Origin: a virus
Lineage: Duplodnaviria; Caudoviricetes
Length of the DNA stretch: 30,780 nucleotides
IMG/VR virus record: IMGVR_UViG_3300037604_000076
Coordinates: 1-30,780 of that record
Direction: 5' to 3' (one strand)
Shown here: piece after piece, positions 17,902-26,438 of the stretch
How positions within the stretch are numbered: position 1 is the first letter of the stretch
Layout: every line of letters begins with the position of its first letter
The notes under the pieces: model-generated
Databases searched by the model: none
Told to the model about the DNA's origin: nothing
The model's input: only the letters and a program-made list of their open reading frames with translations
Program-made: the position numbers and the translations under genes

Positions 17902-19704
17902 ATGGCGCGCCAAGTGTATGAAGGTTCTTCGATTACGATTCCCTTTTTCCGAAATTCAACAGGAGACACTGCAACTTTAGCGGGATATTTCTATATTGAT
18001 GGCGGAACTGCTGAGGCGGGTCTCGACTATTTCGACAAGACATCTGGTCCGCTGTACGGGGCTGCTGGGCCTGCCGGGCAATACGCCTATAGTTTTACCG
18101 TCAGTACGAAATCGGATTCGTTGATTGAAGGCACCGAGTCTTTCACGGTTGTCCAGTATGATGTTAGCGAAAGTGGCAACCGGTTCGACTTCGACTACGT
18201 GGCGGTGGATATCATCGACGCCTCCTTTGCCACCATATATTACGACTATAACGGCGACGGGGTCGTCGACCCTGTTGAAGTGAATGCTTACAATGCGGCG
18301 AACATTTCCAGGGACCTCCAGTTTGAGATCTTGGAGAACAAGATCAAAAAGGACAAGTATGACGAGCTACTGAAAGAACTTGAAGTCGCGGAAGGTGACC
18401 TCAAAAGTGAAATTGCGCAGCGTGGCGTATCTCTCACCCATATCGATGAATTCATCATAAAAAGGATTACAAAGAAGTTCACTCCGAACCTTGCGGATAA
18501 AGCGCGTGATGTGATGTACGCCGTATCTGACCTAGGTTACTCCGCCCAAGATCTTCAAAATGATGCCAATGCTCGCAACCTGGCAGATGTTCTTGTTAAG
18601 ACGCTAGGTGTTGCCGGTTCCACTGGAAACGTTCCGGCGGAGATTGCTTCAATCCTGGGAGAGATCGCTCTGACAGGACTGGCATCCGCAGAGTTGGGCA
18701 TCATCAGGGAAAAGCAGGAAAATCTGCTGAAGCAGCAGTCGGAAGTTGCGTTCGATATAATCGAATATGAAAGGGCGCTCGAAAGCATTACCAAAATAAA
18801 GTCGAATATTAGCCCAGAATTCAAGCTTGTATCAGACAGCGACCACCCAAGTCCGATGTCGCTGAACGACCGTGGCGAGATTATTGAGTATTTCGACGGC
18901 GCTTTCCGTCTGGGTACGACCGGGGATGATGTCTTCATCGTCAATCGCGAAAGCGGAAGTGTTTATGTGTTCGGCGAAGAAGGATTTGATACAATTGACA
19001 TTGATGCGGACAGGGCCTCTGTCGTTATCAGCAAACTGGATGAGCGGACGATCTCCGTGCTCGACGTTCATGGTTACAGGGTTCTCTTGGATGTCGAGAA
19101 AATTCAGTTCCAAGATGGTGCGGTACTTGCTTCTTCTTTGGATGATGTTTTTTGGGCAGACCAGACAGATGATGTTAAGCTAGTAGCTTCTACATACAAT
19201 TACTTGACAAACAAGATCCCCACTGTTGGCGGTTTTGAATATCTTATCGCTTCGGATGACAACAAGAATGATCTGAGTGACGACTACTACAAGCCATTCA
19301 ATCTGGAAAACAAATATATCAATTTTGCGAGCAACCTGGCATTCCAGGGCGGCGGTCGGGAGGTCTTTGCGGCAAAATTCGGCGAACGTAGCTTCGAGGA
19401 TGTCATCAATCTGTCCTTTGAAGAAATCATTGGGACCCAGAAAGCAGAAAACAGCGGCATCAATGTCGAGGACGCTCTAGCCTTTTTCCAGAACGCTCTA
19501 GGATTCTACAGCAAGGTGGCAAAAGAGCGTGTTGTGTCGAGCACTGTCGACCTGGAAGATGCAACCAAGGCGGTCATCGTTGGGTCAATACTGAATGAGG
19601 CTATCAAGTCCGGTGTCGGCAATTACGCTGAAGCCGTAGGAGACCTGGTAGTAAACATTGTCGCCGAACCAACCGAGGTCGATTTCGGCGCAATGCTTAT
19701 CTAG
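17902..19704 (+). CDS. Moron: Calx-beta / EF-hand / RTX-like protein with a C-terminal RsaA N-terminal-type anchoring domain (600 aa; alternative start 17848)
   Basis: Calx-beta pattern (VYEG..GTAEAGLDY..SDSLIEGTESFTV..VDIID); EF loop DYNGDGVVDPVE; GTTGDDVF/GEEGFDTI; VEKIQFQDG; C-term TYNYLT..PTVGGFEYLI..NDLSDDYY..FNLENKYINF..NLA matches Caulobacter RsaA NTD as recalled. Low GC. Confidence 0.8.
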   Translation: MARQVYEGSSITIPFFRNSTGDTATLAGYFYIDGGTAEAGLDYFDKTSGPLYGAAGPAGQYAYSFTVSTKSDSLIEGTESFTVVQYDVSESGNRFDFDYVAVDIIDASFATIYYDYNGDGVVDPVEVNAYNAANISRDLQFEILENKIKKDKYDELLKELEVAEGDLKSEIAQRGVSLTHIDEFIIKRITKKFTPNLADKARDVMYAVSDLGYSAQDLQNDANARNLADVLVKTLGVAGSTGNVPAEIASILGEIALTGLASAELGIIREKQENLLKQQSEVAFDIIEYERALESITKIKSNISPEFKLVSDSDHPSPMSLNDRGEIIEYFDGAFRLGTTGDDVFIVNRESGSVYVFGEEGFDTIDIDADRASVVISKLDERTISVLDVHGYRVLLDVEKIQFQDGAVLASSLDDVFWADQTDDVKLVASTYNYLTNKIPTVGGFEYLIASDDNKNDLSDDYYKPFNLENKYINFASNLAFQGGGREVFAAKFGERSFEDVINLSFEEIIGTQKAENSGINVEDALAFFQNALGFYSKVAKERVVSSTVDLEDATKAVIVGSILNEAIKSGVGNYAEAVGDLVVNIVAEPTEVDFGAMLI

Positions 19705-19750
19705 AAGAATTCCAGTCCTTTGCGCCGCCTAAGGCGGAAGTGAAGCAGTT

Positions 19751-19781
19751 AAGGGCACCCCTATAACCGGGGTGCTCTTTT
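19751..19781 (+). terminator. Rho-independent terminator of the moron
   Basis: AAGGGCACCCC-tataacc-GGGGTGCTCTT followed by TT. Confidence 0.75.
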
Positions 19782-19937
19782 GATTCTTGATCGTGGCTGT
19801 TGACCGGGTATCGGACACCTTGGTCCTGTTGATAGTCGCGCACAGTTGCGGCCTTTTCGCGTCAAGGAGAATAACAACTGGCCGAAGACCATAGCCCGCA
19901 CAACGGCTGCTGCCTCCAAAGATAGATAGGTTCGTTC

Positions 19938-22439
19938 ATGACCACGCTGACATCCAGCCTCATCCTGTCGCTTGTCGATCGGGTGACAGCCCCCGCACGC
20001 GCTGCTGCCCGCTCGGTTGCCGGCCTTCGTGCCTCCGCTGCAAGAAACGCGGCGGAGATGAACGCCATGCAGGGGCAGATGCTGGCGGCTGTAGCTGGCG
20101 CCGTGGCGCTCACCAACGCCATTCGCGCGCCAGTGCGGGCGGCGATGGAGTTCGAAAGCGCCATGGCGGACGTGCGCAAGGTGGTCGACTTCGATACGCC
20201 AGACGGCTTCAAGAAGATGTCAGACGACATTCTCGACATGACACGGGTTATCCCGATGGCCGCGACCGAGATTTCCTCGATCGTGGCGGCTGCAGGGCAG
20301 GCCGGCATGCAGGGAAGCGAGTTGCTCAAGTTCGCGGAGATGGCCGCCAAAGTGGGCGTCGCATTCGATATTCCGGCCAACCAGGTGGGCGACAGCCTTG
20401 CCAAGATCAAAACCGCTCTCGGCATGACGGTGGCCGAAGTGAGCAGCCTTTCCGACGCGATCAACCACCTGTCCAATACGAGCGCATCGAGCGCGCCCGA
20501 CCTGCTCAACTTCATGGAGCGGGTCGGTTCTGTCGGCAAGCAATATGGCTTCACCGCCGAGCAGACTGCCGCGTTGGGTTCGGCCATGATCGCGGCCGGT
20601 GCGCCGGCGGAGGTCGCCGCAACCTCGTTCCGCAATGTCGGCCGAGCTCTCGCAAGGGGCGCGAGTGCAACCAAGTCACAGCGCAATGCTTTCAGGCTGC
20701 TCGGGCTTGATTCAAAGAAGGTTGCAAAAAGCCTCAATGAGGATGCTGTCGGCACGTTAAATGACGTGATCGCGCGGATCCGGTCGCTGCCCGAGCATGT
20801 CCGGGCGTCGACAATATCGGATCTGTTCGGCGATGAGGCGCGCGCCATCATGCCGCTGATCGAAAACGCCGAGCTTCTCGAGGGGGCTTTGTCGTCGGTG
20901 GCGGACGAGACCGCCTATGCGGGGTCTGCCCAGAAGGAATTCGAGGTTCGCGCCAAAACCACGGCGAACACGCTGCAGCTGCTGCAGAACCAGTTCAAGG
21001 AAGTCTCCATCCGTATCGGTTCGGCTCTGCTTCCGGGCATCGAAAGCACCGCGCGTGCCCTTATGCCGGTGCTCTCGGCCATTGCCGGATGGGTGAAGGC
21101 CAACCCTGCGCTGACCGCGCAGATCGTTGGTCTTGTGTCCACGCTGGTGGGGCTCAGGATTGCCACCCTCGCAGCGCGTTGGGCGTTTCTGTTCCTCAAG
21201 GGCGGGGTGCTGGATGTGGCGCTTGCGGTGGCGCGCTCTTCCCAAGCGGTTGTTGCCGCCGGCGGCAAGATCGCCAATTTCACCCGAATGGTCCGTCGGC
21301 TTGGCATGTCGATGACGCTCCTGTCTGCCACTGGCGGAACCGGCGTCATGGCTGGGCTCGTCAAGGGGATGAGCGCCGCGCTCGGGGCAGTGGGCCCGAT
21401 TGCGGCTTCTATTGGGGCGGCAATCGCGGGGATCAGCGCACCGGTCTGGGGCGTCATCGCCGTTGTCGCCGGGCTTGCCTTGGCGGTTTACAAATACTGG
21501 ACTCCGATTTCGGAATTCGTCACCGGGTTCGCCTCGGTTGTGGGGTCGGCGCTGGGCGAGGCCATCTCGGCCATTGCCGGGTTCGGCTCACGGATCGCAG
21601 CGGCCATAGGTGGATGGGCTGCGGACAAGATCGTCGACATCGGAGAACTGCTCGGCATCGATGAAAAAACCATACGGGCGGGCATGGATGTCGCCATCCA
21701 CGAAGCTCATCGCGGAGCCCAGCGGATCATTGACACAATCAAGGCGATCCCGGCAGCCGTCTCCGGATGGGTCGGCGATCTGTTCTCGAGGAACGAATAT
21801 TCTGACCAGGCAACGGCCGAATTCCGATCGGCTGGTGAACGTGCAGGTGAGGCCCTTGTCAATGCGGTCAAGAATGCGGTCGCCGCGCTTGGATCGATCG
21901 CCAGCGAAATGGCAAGCGTCGGGCGGCAGATCATGGACATGCTGCTCGAAGGTATCAAGGCCGGCGCCGCCGCCGTCATCGATTATGTCAGATCGATCGG
22001 TTCCCGCATCAAGTCCGGCATAACCGGTGCTGCATCGGGTGCATTGAGCCGGATTAGAAACGCGGTTGGATTTGGCGGCAGGCCGGATGCAGCGAATGAC
22101 AATTCGGCACTCGCCGGCACCCGCGCAGCCGGCGGCGCCATTGTCGGCGGTCGCACCTACCTCGTCGGCGAACACGGCCCCGAACTCGTCACGCCCTCGC
22201 GCTCCGGCTATGTGCACGATGCAGAAACCACGGCTTCGATGCGCGCCGGTGGGCGCAGTGCTGCCGCGGGCGGCGCCGGCGGGCAGACCGTGCACCTGGG
22301 CGGCGTCACCATCCATGTGAATGCCCAACCGGGCATGGATCCGCAGGCGATTGCCCGGGCGGTCAATGAGGCGCTCGGCCAGATCGCCGGTGATGCGCTT
22401 TCGGGCGGGCAGTTCGATCAGGGCTGGAGCGTGGCATGA
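19938..22439 (+). CDS. Tail tape measure protein (TP901 family)
   Basis: FESAMADVRKVVD, DAINHLSN, LFGDEA; Ala/Gly-rich amphipathic repeats; C-term RAAGG...YLVGEHGPELV. Confidence 0.95.
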   Translation: MTTLTSSLILSLVDRVTAPARAAARSVAGLRASAARNAAEMNAMQGQMLAAVAGAVALTNAIRAPVRAAMEFESAMADVRKVVDFDTPDGFKKMSDDILDMTRVIPMAATEISSIVAAAGQAGMQGSELLKFAEMAAKVGVAFDIPANQVGDSLAKIKTALGMTVAEVSSLSDAINHLSNTSASSAPDLLNFMERVGSVGKQYGFTAEQTAALGSAMIAAGAPAEVAATSFRNVGRALARGASATKSQRNAFRLLGLDSKKVAKSLNEDAVGTLNDVIARIRSLPEHVRASTISDLFGDEARAIMPLIENAELLEGALSSVADETAYAGSAQKEFEVRAKTTANTLQLLQNQFKEVSIRIGSALLPGIESTARALMPVLSAIAGWVKANPALTAQIVGLVSTLVGLRIATLAARWAFLFLKGGVLDVALAVARSSQAVVAAGGKIANFTRMVRRLGMSMTLLSATGGTGVMAGLVKGMSAALGAVGPIAASIGAAIAGISAPVWGVIAVVAGLALAVYKYWTPISEFVTGFASVVGSALGEAISAIAGFGSRIAAAIGGWAADKIVDIGELLGIDEKTIRAGMDVAIHEAHRGAQRIIDTIKAIPAAVSGWVGDLFSRNEYSDQATAEFRSAGERAGEALVNAVKNAVAALGSIASEMASVGRQIMDMLLEGIKAGAAAVIDYVRSIGSRIKSGITGAASGALSRIRNAVGFGGRPDAANDNSALAGTRAAGGAIVGGRTYLVGEHGPELVTPSRSGYVHDAETTASMRAGGRSAAAGGAGGQTVHLGGVTIHVNAQPGMDPQAIARAVNEALGQIAGDALSGGQFDQGWSVA

Positions 22440-22873
22440 GCCTCTATGTCCTGGGCGGCGTGGTGATGGACACGCGGCCGTTCAACGCCGACACGTTTGA
22501 TCGCTCGGCCTCGGCTGACCTGGTGGAAAAGGCCGTGATGGGCGGACTGAAGCCGTCGGAGTTCATGGGCGAGGGCGAGGATACGCTCACCATCACCGGC
22601 CAGCTGCTGCCGTTCAAGACCGGCGGCCTGGCGGAGTTCGATGTGCTCGACGAGATGCGGCGCACCGGGGCCCGTTTTCCGGTGATGCGTGGCGATGGCA
22701 AGCGCCTCGGCACCTACGCGATCACCCAGCTGTCCGAGCGGCACAACCTGCTCATGAAGAATGGCGTCGGCTTCACGGTGCAATACTCGGTGAGCCTGCG
22801 CAAAACCCAGGCCGACTATGATGGCGGCGCGATCATCGCGGCGCTGATTTCGATCTTCGACAGCTTGAGGTGA
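22436..22873 (+). CDS. Phage tail protein U (P2 GpU-like)
   Basis: EFMGEGEDTLTITGQLLP, LDEMRRTG, RGDGKRLG motifs. Confidence 0.9.
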   Translation: MSLYVLGGVVMDTRPFNADTFDRSASADLVEKAVMGGLKPSEFMGEGEDTLTITGQLLPFKTGGLAEFDVLDEMRRTGARFPVMRGDGKRLGTYAITQLSERHNLLMKNGVGFTVQYSVSLRKTQADYDGGAIIAALISIFDSLR

Positions 22874-22877
22874 GACC

Positions 22878-23096
22878 ATGGAGACCGTGACCATCCGCGG
22901 CGAGGGCATCACCCTCGATCTTCTGCTGTGGCGGACCTACGGCGTGCGCGGGCAGCAGCTGGTGGAAGAGGCGCTTGACGTCAATCCCGGCCTTGCCGGT
23001 GTGGGCGCAGTGCTGCCGCTTGGCACGGTGGTGCGGATCCCGCCGCTGCCGGTTGAAACCCGGGCCCCGGCGCCGCTGATCACGCTGTTCGGGTGA
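22878..23096 (+). CDS. Tail protein X
   Basis: TLDLLLWRTYG, VEEALDVNPGLA, LPLGTVVRIP, ITLFG. Confidence 0.92.
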   Translation: METVTIRGEGITLDLLLWRTYGVRGQQLVEEALDVNPGLAGVGAVLPLGTVVRIPPLPVETRAPAPLITLFG

Positions 23097-23100
23097 TCTC

Positions 23101-24099
23101 ATGAGCTGGAAGAATGTCTGGTCGGTCGCCATCAACGGCGTCGATATCTCCGCCGGTCTGCGCCCGCTCCTGATCTCGATCACCGTGACCGACAAGGACG
23201 GCACCGCCGGCGATACTCTGTCGATCACCGTCGATGACAGTGGCGGGCAGTTCCTGATGCCCGACGAGGGGGCATCCATCACCGCCGCGATCAACGGCGT
23301 GCGCGTGTTCGAGGGCACGGTGGACAAGGTGCGCAGCAAGGGATCGCGCGGGCAGGGGCTCACGCTTTCGATCACGGCCAAGGGCTACGACACCAAGGGT
23401 CCGGCCAAACAGCCGCAAGCCTTCCACAAGGATGACGCGACGCTTGAAGAGTTCCTGGGCGAGGCGGCAAGGAATGCGGGCTTCTCGCTGACCATCGATC
23501 CGGAGCTTGGTTCGATCACTCGCGACTACTGGGCGGCGGACAACGAATCCTTCCTGCATCTGGGAGAGCGGCTGCAGCGCGAGATGAACGCCACTTTCAA
23601 GCTGCGCGGCGACAAGGCGGTGCTCGCCCTGCGGGGAAAGGATGCTCTACCCGGCATCTCGGCGGCTTACGGCAAGAACCTGATCTCCTGGGACATCGCG
23701 CCGCTGTCCGGCCGCGGGCTTTACGCTTCGGGCAAGGCGCGCTGGCTCGATCGGCAGACGGCGTCCTTCGAGGAAGAGGAAACCGATTTCGGCTCCACCC
23801 GTCCGGCCCGGGCCGCCAACATCATCCGCACCGCGGTTCGCGACAAGGACCAGGCCCGCGAGGTTGGCAAGGCGCGCAAGCGGGAAACCGAGCGCGAGGC
23901 CGGCGAGGGCAGTGCGGTGATCGACATCAACCCCGCCGCCCAGGCCGAGGCGTTGATCACGCTCAAGGGCACGCGGCCCGGCATAGATGGCAGCTACCGG
24001 ATGGTCACGGTCACCCATTCGGGCGAGCGCAGCGCGGGCAATTCCACCAGCCTCGAGCTCAAGCAGCCCGGCGGCGGCGCGGGCACAGACAGCCGATAA
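23101..24099 (+). CDS. Late control D / baseplate hub protein
   Basis: LISITVTDKDGTAGDTLSITVDD, NESFLHLGERL, GIDGSYRMVTVTH motifs. Confidence 0.92.
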   Translation: MSWKNVWSVAINGVDISAGLRPLLISITVTDKDGTAGDTLSITVDDSGGQFLMPDEGASITAAINGVRVFEGTVDKVRSKGSRGQGLTLSITAKGYDTKGPAKQPQAFHKDDATLEEFLGEAARNAGFSLTIDPELGSITRDYWAADNESFLHLGERLQREMNATFKLRGDKAVLALRGKDALPGISAAYGKNLISWDIAPLSGRGLYASGKARWLDRQTASFEEEETDFGSTRPARAANIIRTAVRDKDQAREVGKARKRETEREAGEGSAVIDINPAAQAEALITLKGTRPGIDGSYRMVTVTHSGERSAGNSTSLELKQPGGGAGTDSR

Positions 24100-24190
24100 C
24101 GAAATTGCCGGTCTGGCATTGCCGGCAATACCCCGCCCGTCGGCCGCTCTCCAGTGCGGCTGGGGGCATCAACACCACAAGGACATTGTT

Positions 24191-24898
24191 ATGACTTTCG
24201 AACAGTGGCTGCAAAGCCGGCTAACGGCACACGGCTATCCGTGTGGCCTGATTGATGGCGATATCGGGAAGAAGACCATTGCAGCGCTGAGGGCGTTCCA
24301 GCGGTCGCGAAAGCTGCCTCTCACCGGCAAAGCCGACGAGGCAACGGTCGAGGCACTTCGGCGCAGTTCCAGCAACGGTCCTGGGTTGCCAGACCGGCCG
24401 GCGAGCACCAGCGCCGGGATAATGGTCCAAGGCTCTGGTTGGCCACGGCAGGGCGATGTTCCTCGGTTCTTCGGTGACGTCGGCACATCGCAGGGGCGTC
24501 TGGAGCTTCCGTTCCCGATGAAGCTGGCCTGGGACAAGCGGCAGACGGTCACGAGGATCACGCTTCACACCAAGGTTCTCGACAGCGCTGGTCGCGCATT
24601 CGCTGAGATCGCGGTCGCCTACACCGAAAAGGAGCGTCGAGATCTCGGTCTCAATCTGTTCGGCGGATCGCTCAACGTGCGCCGGATGCGCGGCGGCTCC
24701 GCGTACTCGATGCACTCCTGGGGGATCGCCATCGACTTCGACCCCATCCGCAATCAGCTTCGTTGGAAATCCCCGCAGGCGCGGCTGTCGCATGACGACG
24801 CCATGCCCTTCTGGCAGGCCTGGGAGCGGGAAGGCTGGGTGTCGCTTGGCCGCGAGCGAAATTTCGACTGGATGCATGTCCAGGCGGCGAGACTGTGA
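24191..24898 (+). CDS. Endolysin: peptidoglycan-binding domain plus M15-family Zn peptidase
   Basis: RBS AAGGA. LQSRL..GY..G.IDGDIG..T.AALRAFQ (PG-binding); R...SMHSWGIAIDF...DWMHVQ (M15). Confidence 0.92.
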   Translation: MTFEQWLQSRLTAHGYPCGLIDGDIGKKTIAALRAFQRSRKLPLTGKADEATVEALRRSSSNGPGLPDRPASTSAGIMVQGSGWPRQGDVPRFFGDVGTSQGRLELPFPMKLAWDKRQTVTRITLHTKVLDSAGRAFAEIAVAYTEKERRDLGLNLFGGSLNVRRMRGGSAYSMHSWGIAIDFDPIRNQLRWKSPQARLSHDDAMPFWQAWEREGWVSLGRERNFDWMHVQAARL

Positions 24899-25218
24899 TG
24901 TCGGGAACCAATAAGGGTGATCCGTCCTGGCGCTGGCGCCGGATCGTGATTTATGCGGTGGTTGTCTGGGCTTGCTATCAGCTCTTTCTGTTGATCGATG
25001 CGCAGGACAGCCGCCTCAATGAGACCATCGCCTGGGGTTGGCAGGTGCTGATTATGGCGCTGGTGCTGGGTTACACCGGGTTCGCGACAGTGCAGGACGT
25101 GACCGCGATCTGGCGCACTCGCAGCGGCAAGCCCTACAGCGACGCACCTGCACCGAATGTCCGGGAAGGCTGGCCGCAAGATATCGCGCCGCCGGAACGC
25201 TGGGATGAGGAGCCGTGA
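24898..25218 (+). CDS. Putative holin (2 TM)
   Basis: Two hydrophobic segments after WRWRR, charged C-terminus; coupled to the endolysin gene. Confidence 0.6.
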   Translation: MSGTNKGDPSWRWRRIVIYAVVVWACYQLFLLIDAQDSRLNETIAWGWQVLIMALVLGYTGFATVQDVTAIWRTRSGKPYSDAPAPNVREGWPQDIAPPERWDEEP

Positions 25219-25694
25219 TGCTGGTTCTCGTCACCCTTCTGAAATGGGGACTTCCCGCTCTCATTCTTGTGGCGCCAATTGCTGCTTCAGCCTGGTTTCC
25301 GCCGGCACGGCGCGTGCTGATGTTCGCCCTGCCGATTCCACTCTTCGTCATCGCCGCTGCTGGCGCATGGCTTTGGCTCAACCAGGAGAGCGCGGTTCTC
25401 CATGCAGTGCAGGTTCGCGTCAAGGAGATGGTCGCGGGCGCCGAGATCGCGGCACTTGAGGCCAGGCTTGAGGCTGAAGAAAAGATCAGTGCGGCCCGCG
25501 GGCAAGTCGCTGCAGAAGCCAATCGCCGCCTGATGGTCGAGATCGACGCCCGGGTAAACCTCTCACAGCGGCTGGCCGCCATCCAGACAGAAAACGAGAT
25601 TCTCAATGACGACCTGGCAGATCTGCTTTCGCGCCCTGTTGCCCGCGATTGCGCTGTTGATCCTGATCTCCTTGGCCGGCTGCGCGCCAGGTAG
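25218..25694 (+). CDS. Putative inner-membrane spanin (Rz-like)
   Basis: RBS GAGGAG; N-terminal TM segments, coiled coil, C-terminal Cys (DCAVDPD); overlaps a lipoprotein gene. Confidence 0.7.
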   Translation: MLVLVTLLKWGLPALILVAPIAASAWFPPARRVLMFALPIPLFVIAAAGAWLWLNQESAVLHAVQVRVKEMVAGAEIAALEARLEAEEKISAARGQVAAEANRRLMVEIDARVNLSQRLAAIQTENEILNDDLADLLSRPVARDCAVDPDLLGRLRAR

Positions 25695-25965
25695 GTTCAT
25701 TGCGGCGGAGCGGGAGAGGGCGGGGGCCGGGCAGGTGGACAATGCGCTTGCTGTCGCGGAAGAGGCGGGGGCGATCGGGCGGTCTCTGCCTGAGTATCCC
25801 GACCTCTGCCGCCGGGAGCATCGATCACGGGTCTCGGGTGGCGACCGGCTCGACGCCGCTCTCGTCAAGACAGACCGGGCGCTCGCCCGCGCCAACGGTC
25901 AGATTCGGGAATGCGGCACCTGGTACGACGAACTCCGGACAGGCTTTGAAGGCGGGGCGCAATGA
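25606..25965 (+). CDS. Putative outer-membrane spanin lipoprotein (Rz1-like)
   Basis: Signal peptide ending in lipobox LAG-C (Cys26); starts within the last 89 nt of the Rz-like gene in another frame; Pro/Cys pattern LPEYPDLCR...ECGTWY. Confidence 0.75.
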   Translation: MTTWQICFRALLPAIALLILISLAGCAPGRFIAAERERAGAGQVDNALAVAEEAGAIGRSLPEYPDLCRREHRSRVSGGDRLDAALVKTDRALARANGQIRECGTWYDELRTGFEGGAQ

Positions 25966-26369
25966 CGGAGGCCACAAGTCTCAATGACATCTACCGGTCG
26001 ATCGGTGAGCTCACGGGGGCTGTGAAGGCGCTCGGCGACAAGATCGAGGACAATGAGCGCCGCAACGTCGCGGCCATCGATCAGGCCAATGAAAGCCGCG
26101 CCAATGTGCACCGAAGGCTCGATGAGTTCACCGCCACGGCGGCTGATCTTGCCAAGCGCACCAGCCATCTCGAAGCCGGGATCAAGTCGCTCACACACGA
26201 AATGGGTGACATGAGGATGGTGACCGATGACGTGAAAGCCATGCGAGAGCAGGCAAAAGGCGCAGGGACTTTGGGTCAGTGGCTGCTTCGGTTCGGGGGG
26301 TGGGTGCTGGGGGCGGCTGCTACCGTGGTCAGCCTCTACACCTGGATCACCGGAAGACCGCCACCATAG
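25962..26369 (+). CDS. Coiled-coil protein with a C-terminal TM segment (DUF1515/XhlA-like, lysis-associated)
   Basis: IGELTGAV, ESRANVHRRLDE, coiled coil and a Gly-rich hydrophobic C-terminus; ATGA-coupled. Confidence 0.65.
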   Translation: MTEATSLNDIYRSIGELTGAVKALGDKIEDNERRNVAAIDQANESRANVHRRLDEFTATAADLAKRTSHLEAGIKSLTHEMGDMRMVTDDVKAMREQAKGAGTLGQWLLRFGGWVLGAAATVVSLYTWITGRPPP

Positions 26370-26438
26370 AGCCCGCGGCTCACCTTTCCAAACCCGGATC
26401 GCCGGTCAGCAAGGTTGCCAATCGGAAACGCGGCTCGC

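Larger units (their letters stand above)
1..26369 (+). mobile_element. Prophage structural and lysis region (lambda-like head, P2-like contractile tail); left end outside the window, right boundary not identified
   Basis: Contiguous co-oriented, translationally coupled (ATGA/TGATG overlaps) terminase-portal-capsid-baseplate-sheath-tube-TMP-lysis genes. No integrase or att site seen. Confidence 0.95.

Noticed and set aside
19782-19937. Possible immunity ORF or internal promoter between the moron and tape measure gene
   Set aside because: AAGGAG and TTGACC are present, but no convincing start codon, ORF or -10 element follows.
23987-24190. N-terminal extension of the endolysin ORF
   Set aside because: Overlaps gene D and the intergenic hairpins; the PG-binding domain begins at ATG 24191, which has an RBS.
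1-26369. Tailocin, eCIS or gene transfer agent interpretation
   Set aside because: A full lambda-type terminase/portal/capsid set is present, and the gene families differ from RcGTA (HK97-type head, non-contractile tail).
26374-26436. 8-bp direct repeat CGCGGCTC flanking the lysis/XRE spacer as an att site or target-site duplication
   Set aside because: Short and GC-rich, so plausible by chance; cannot be paired with an attL inside this window.
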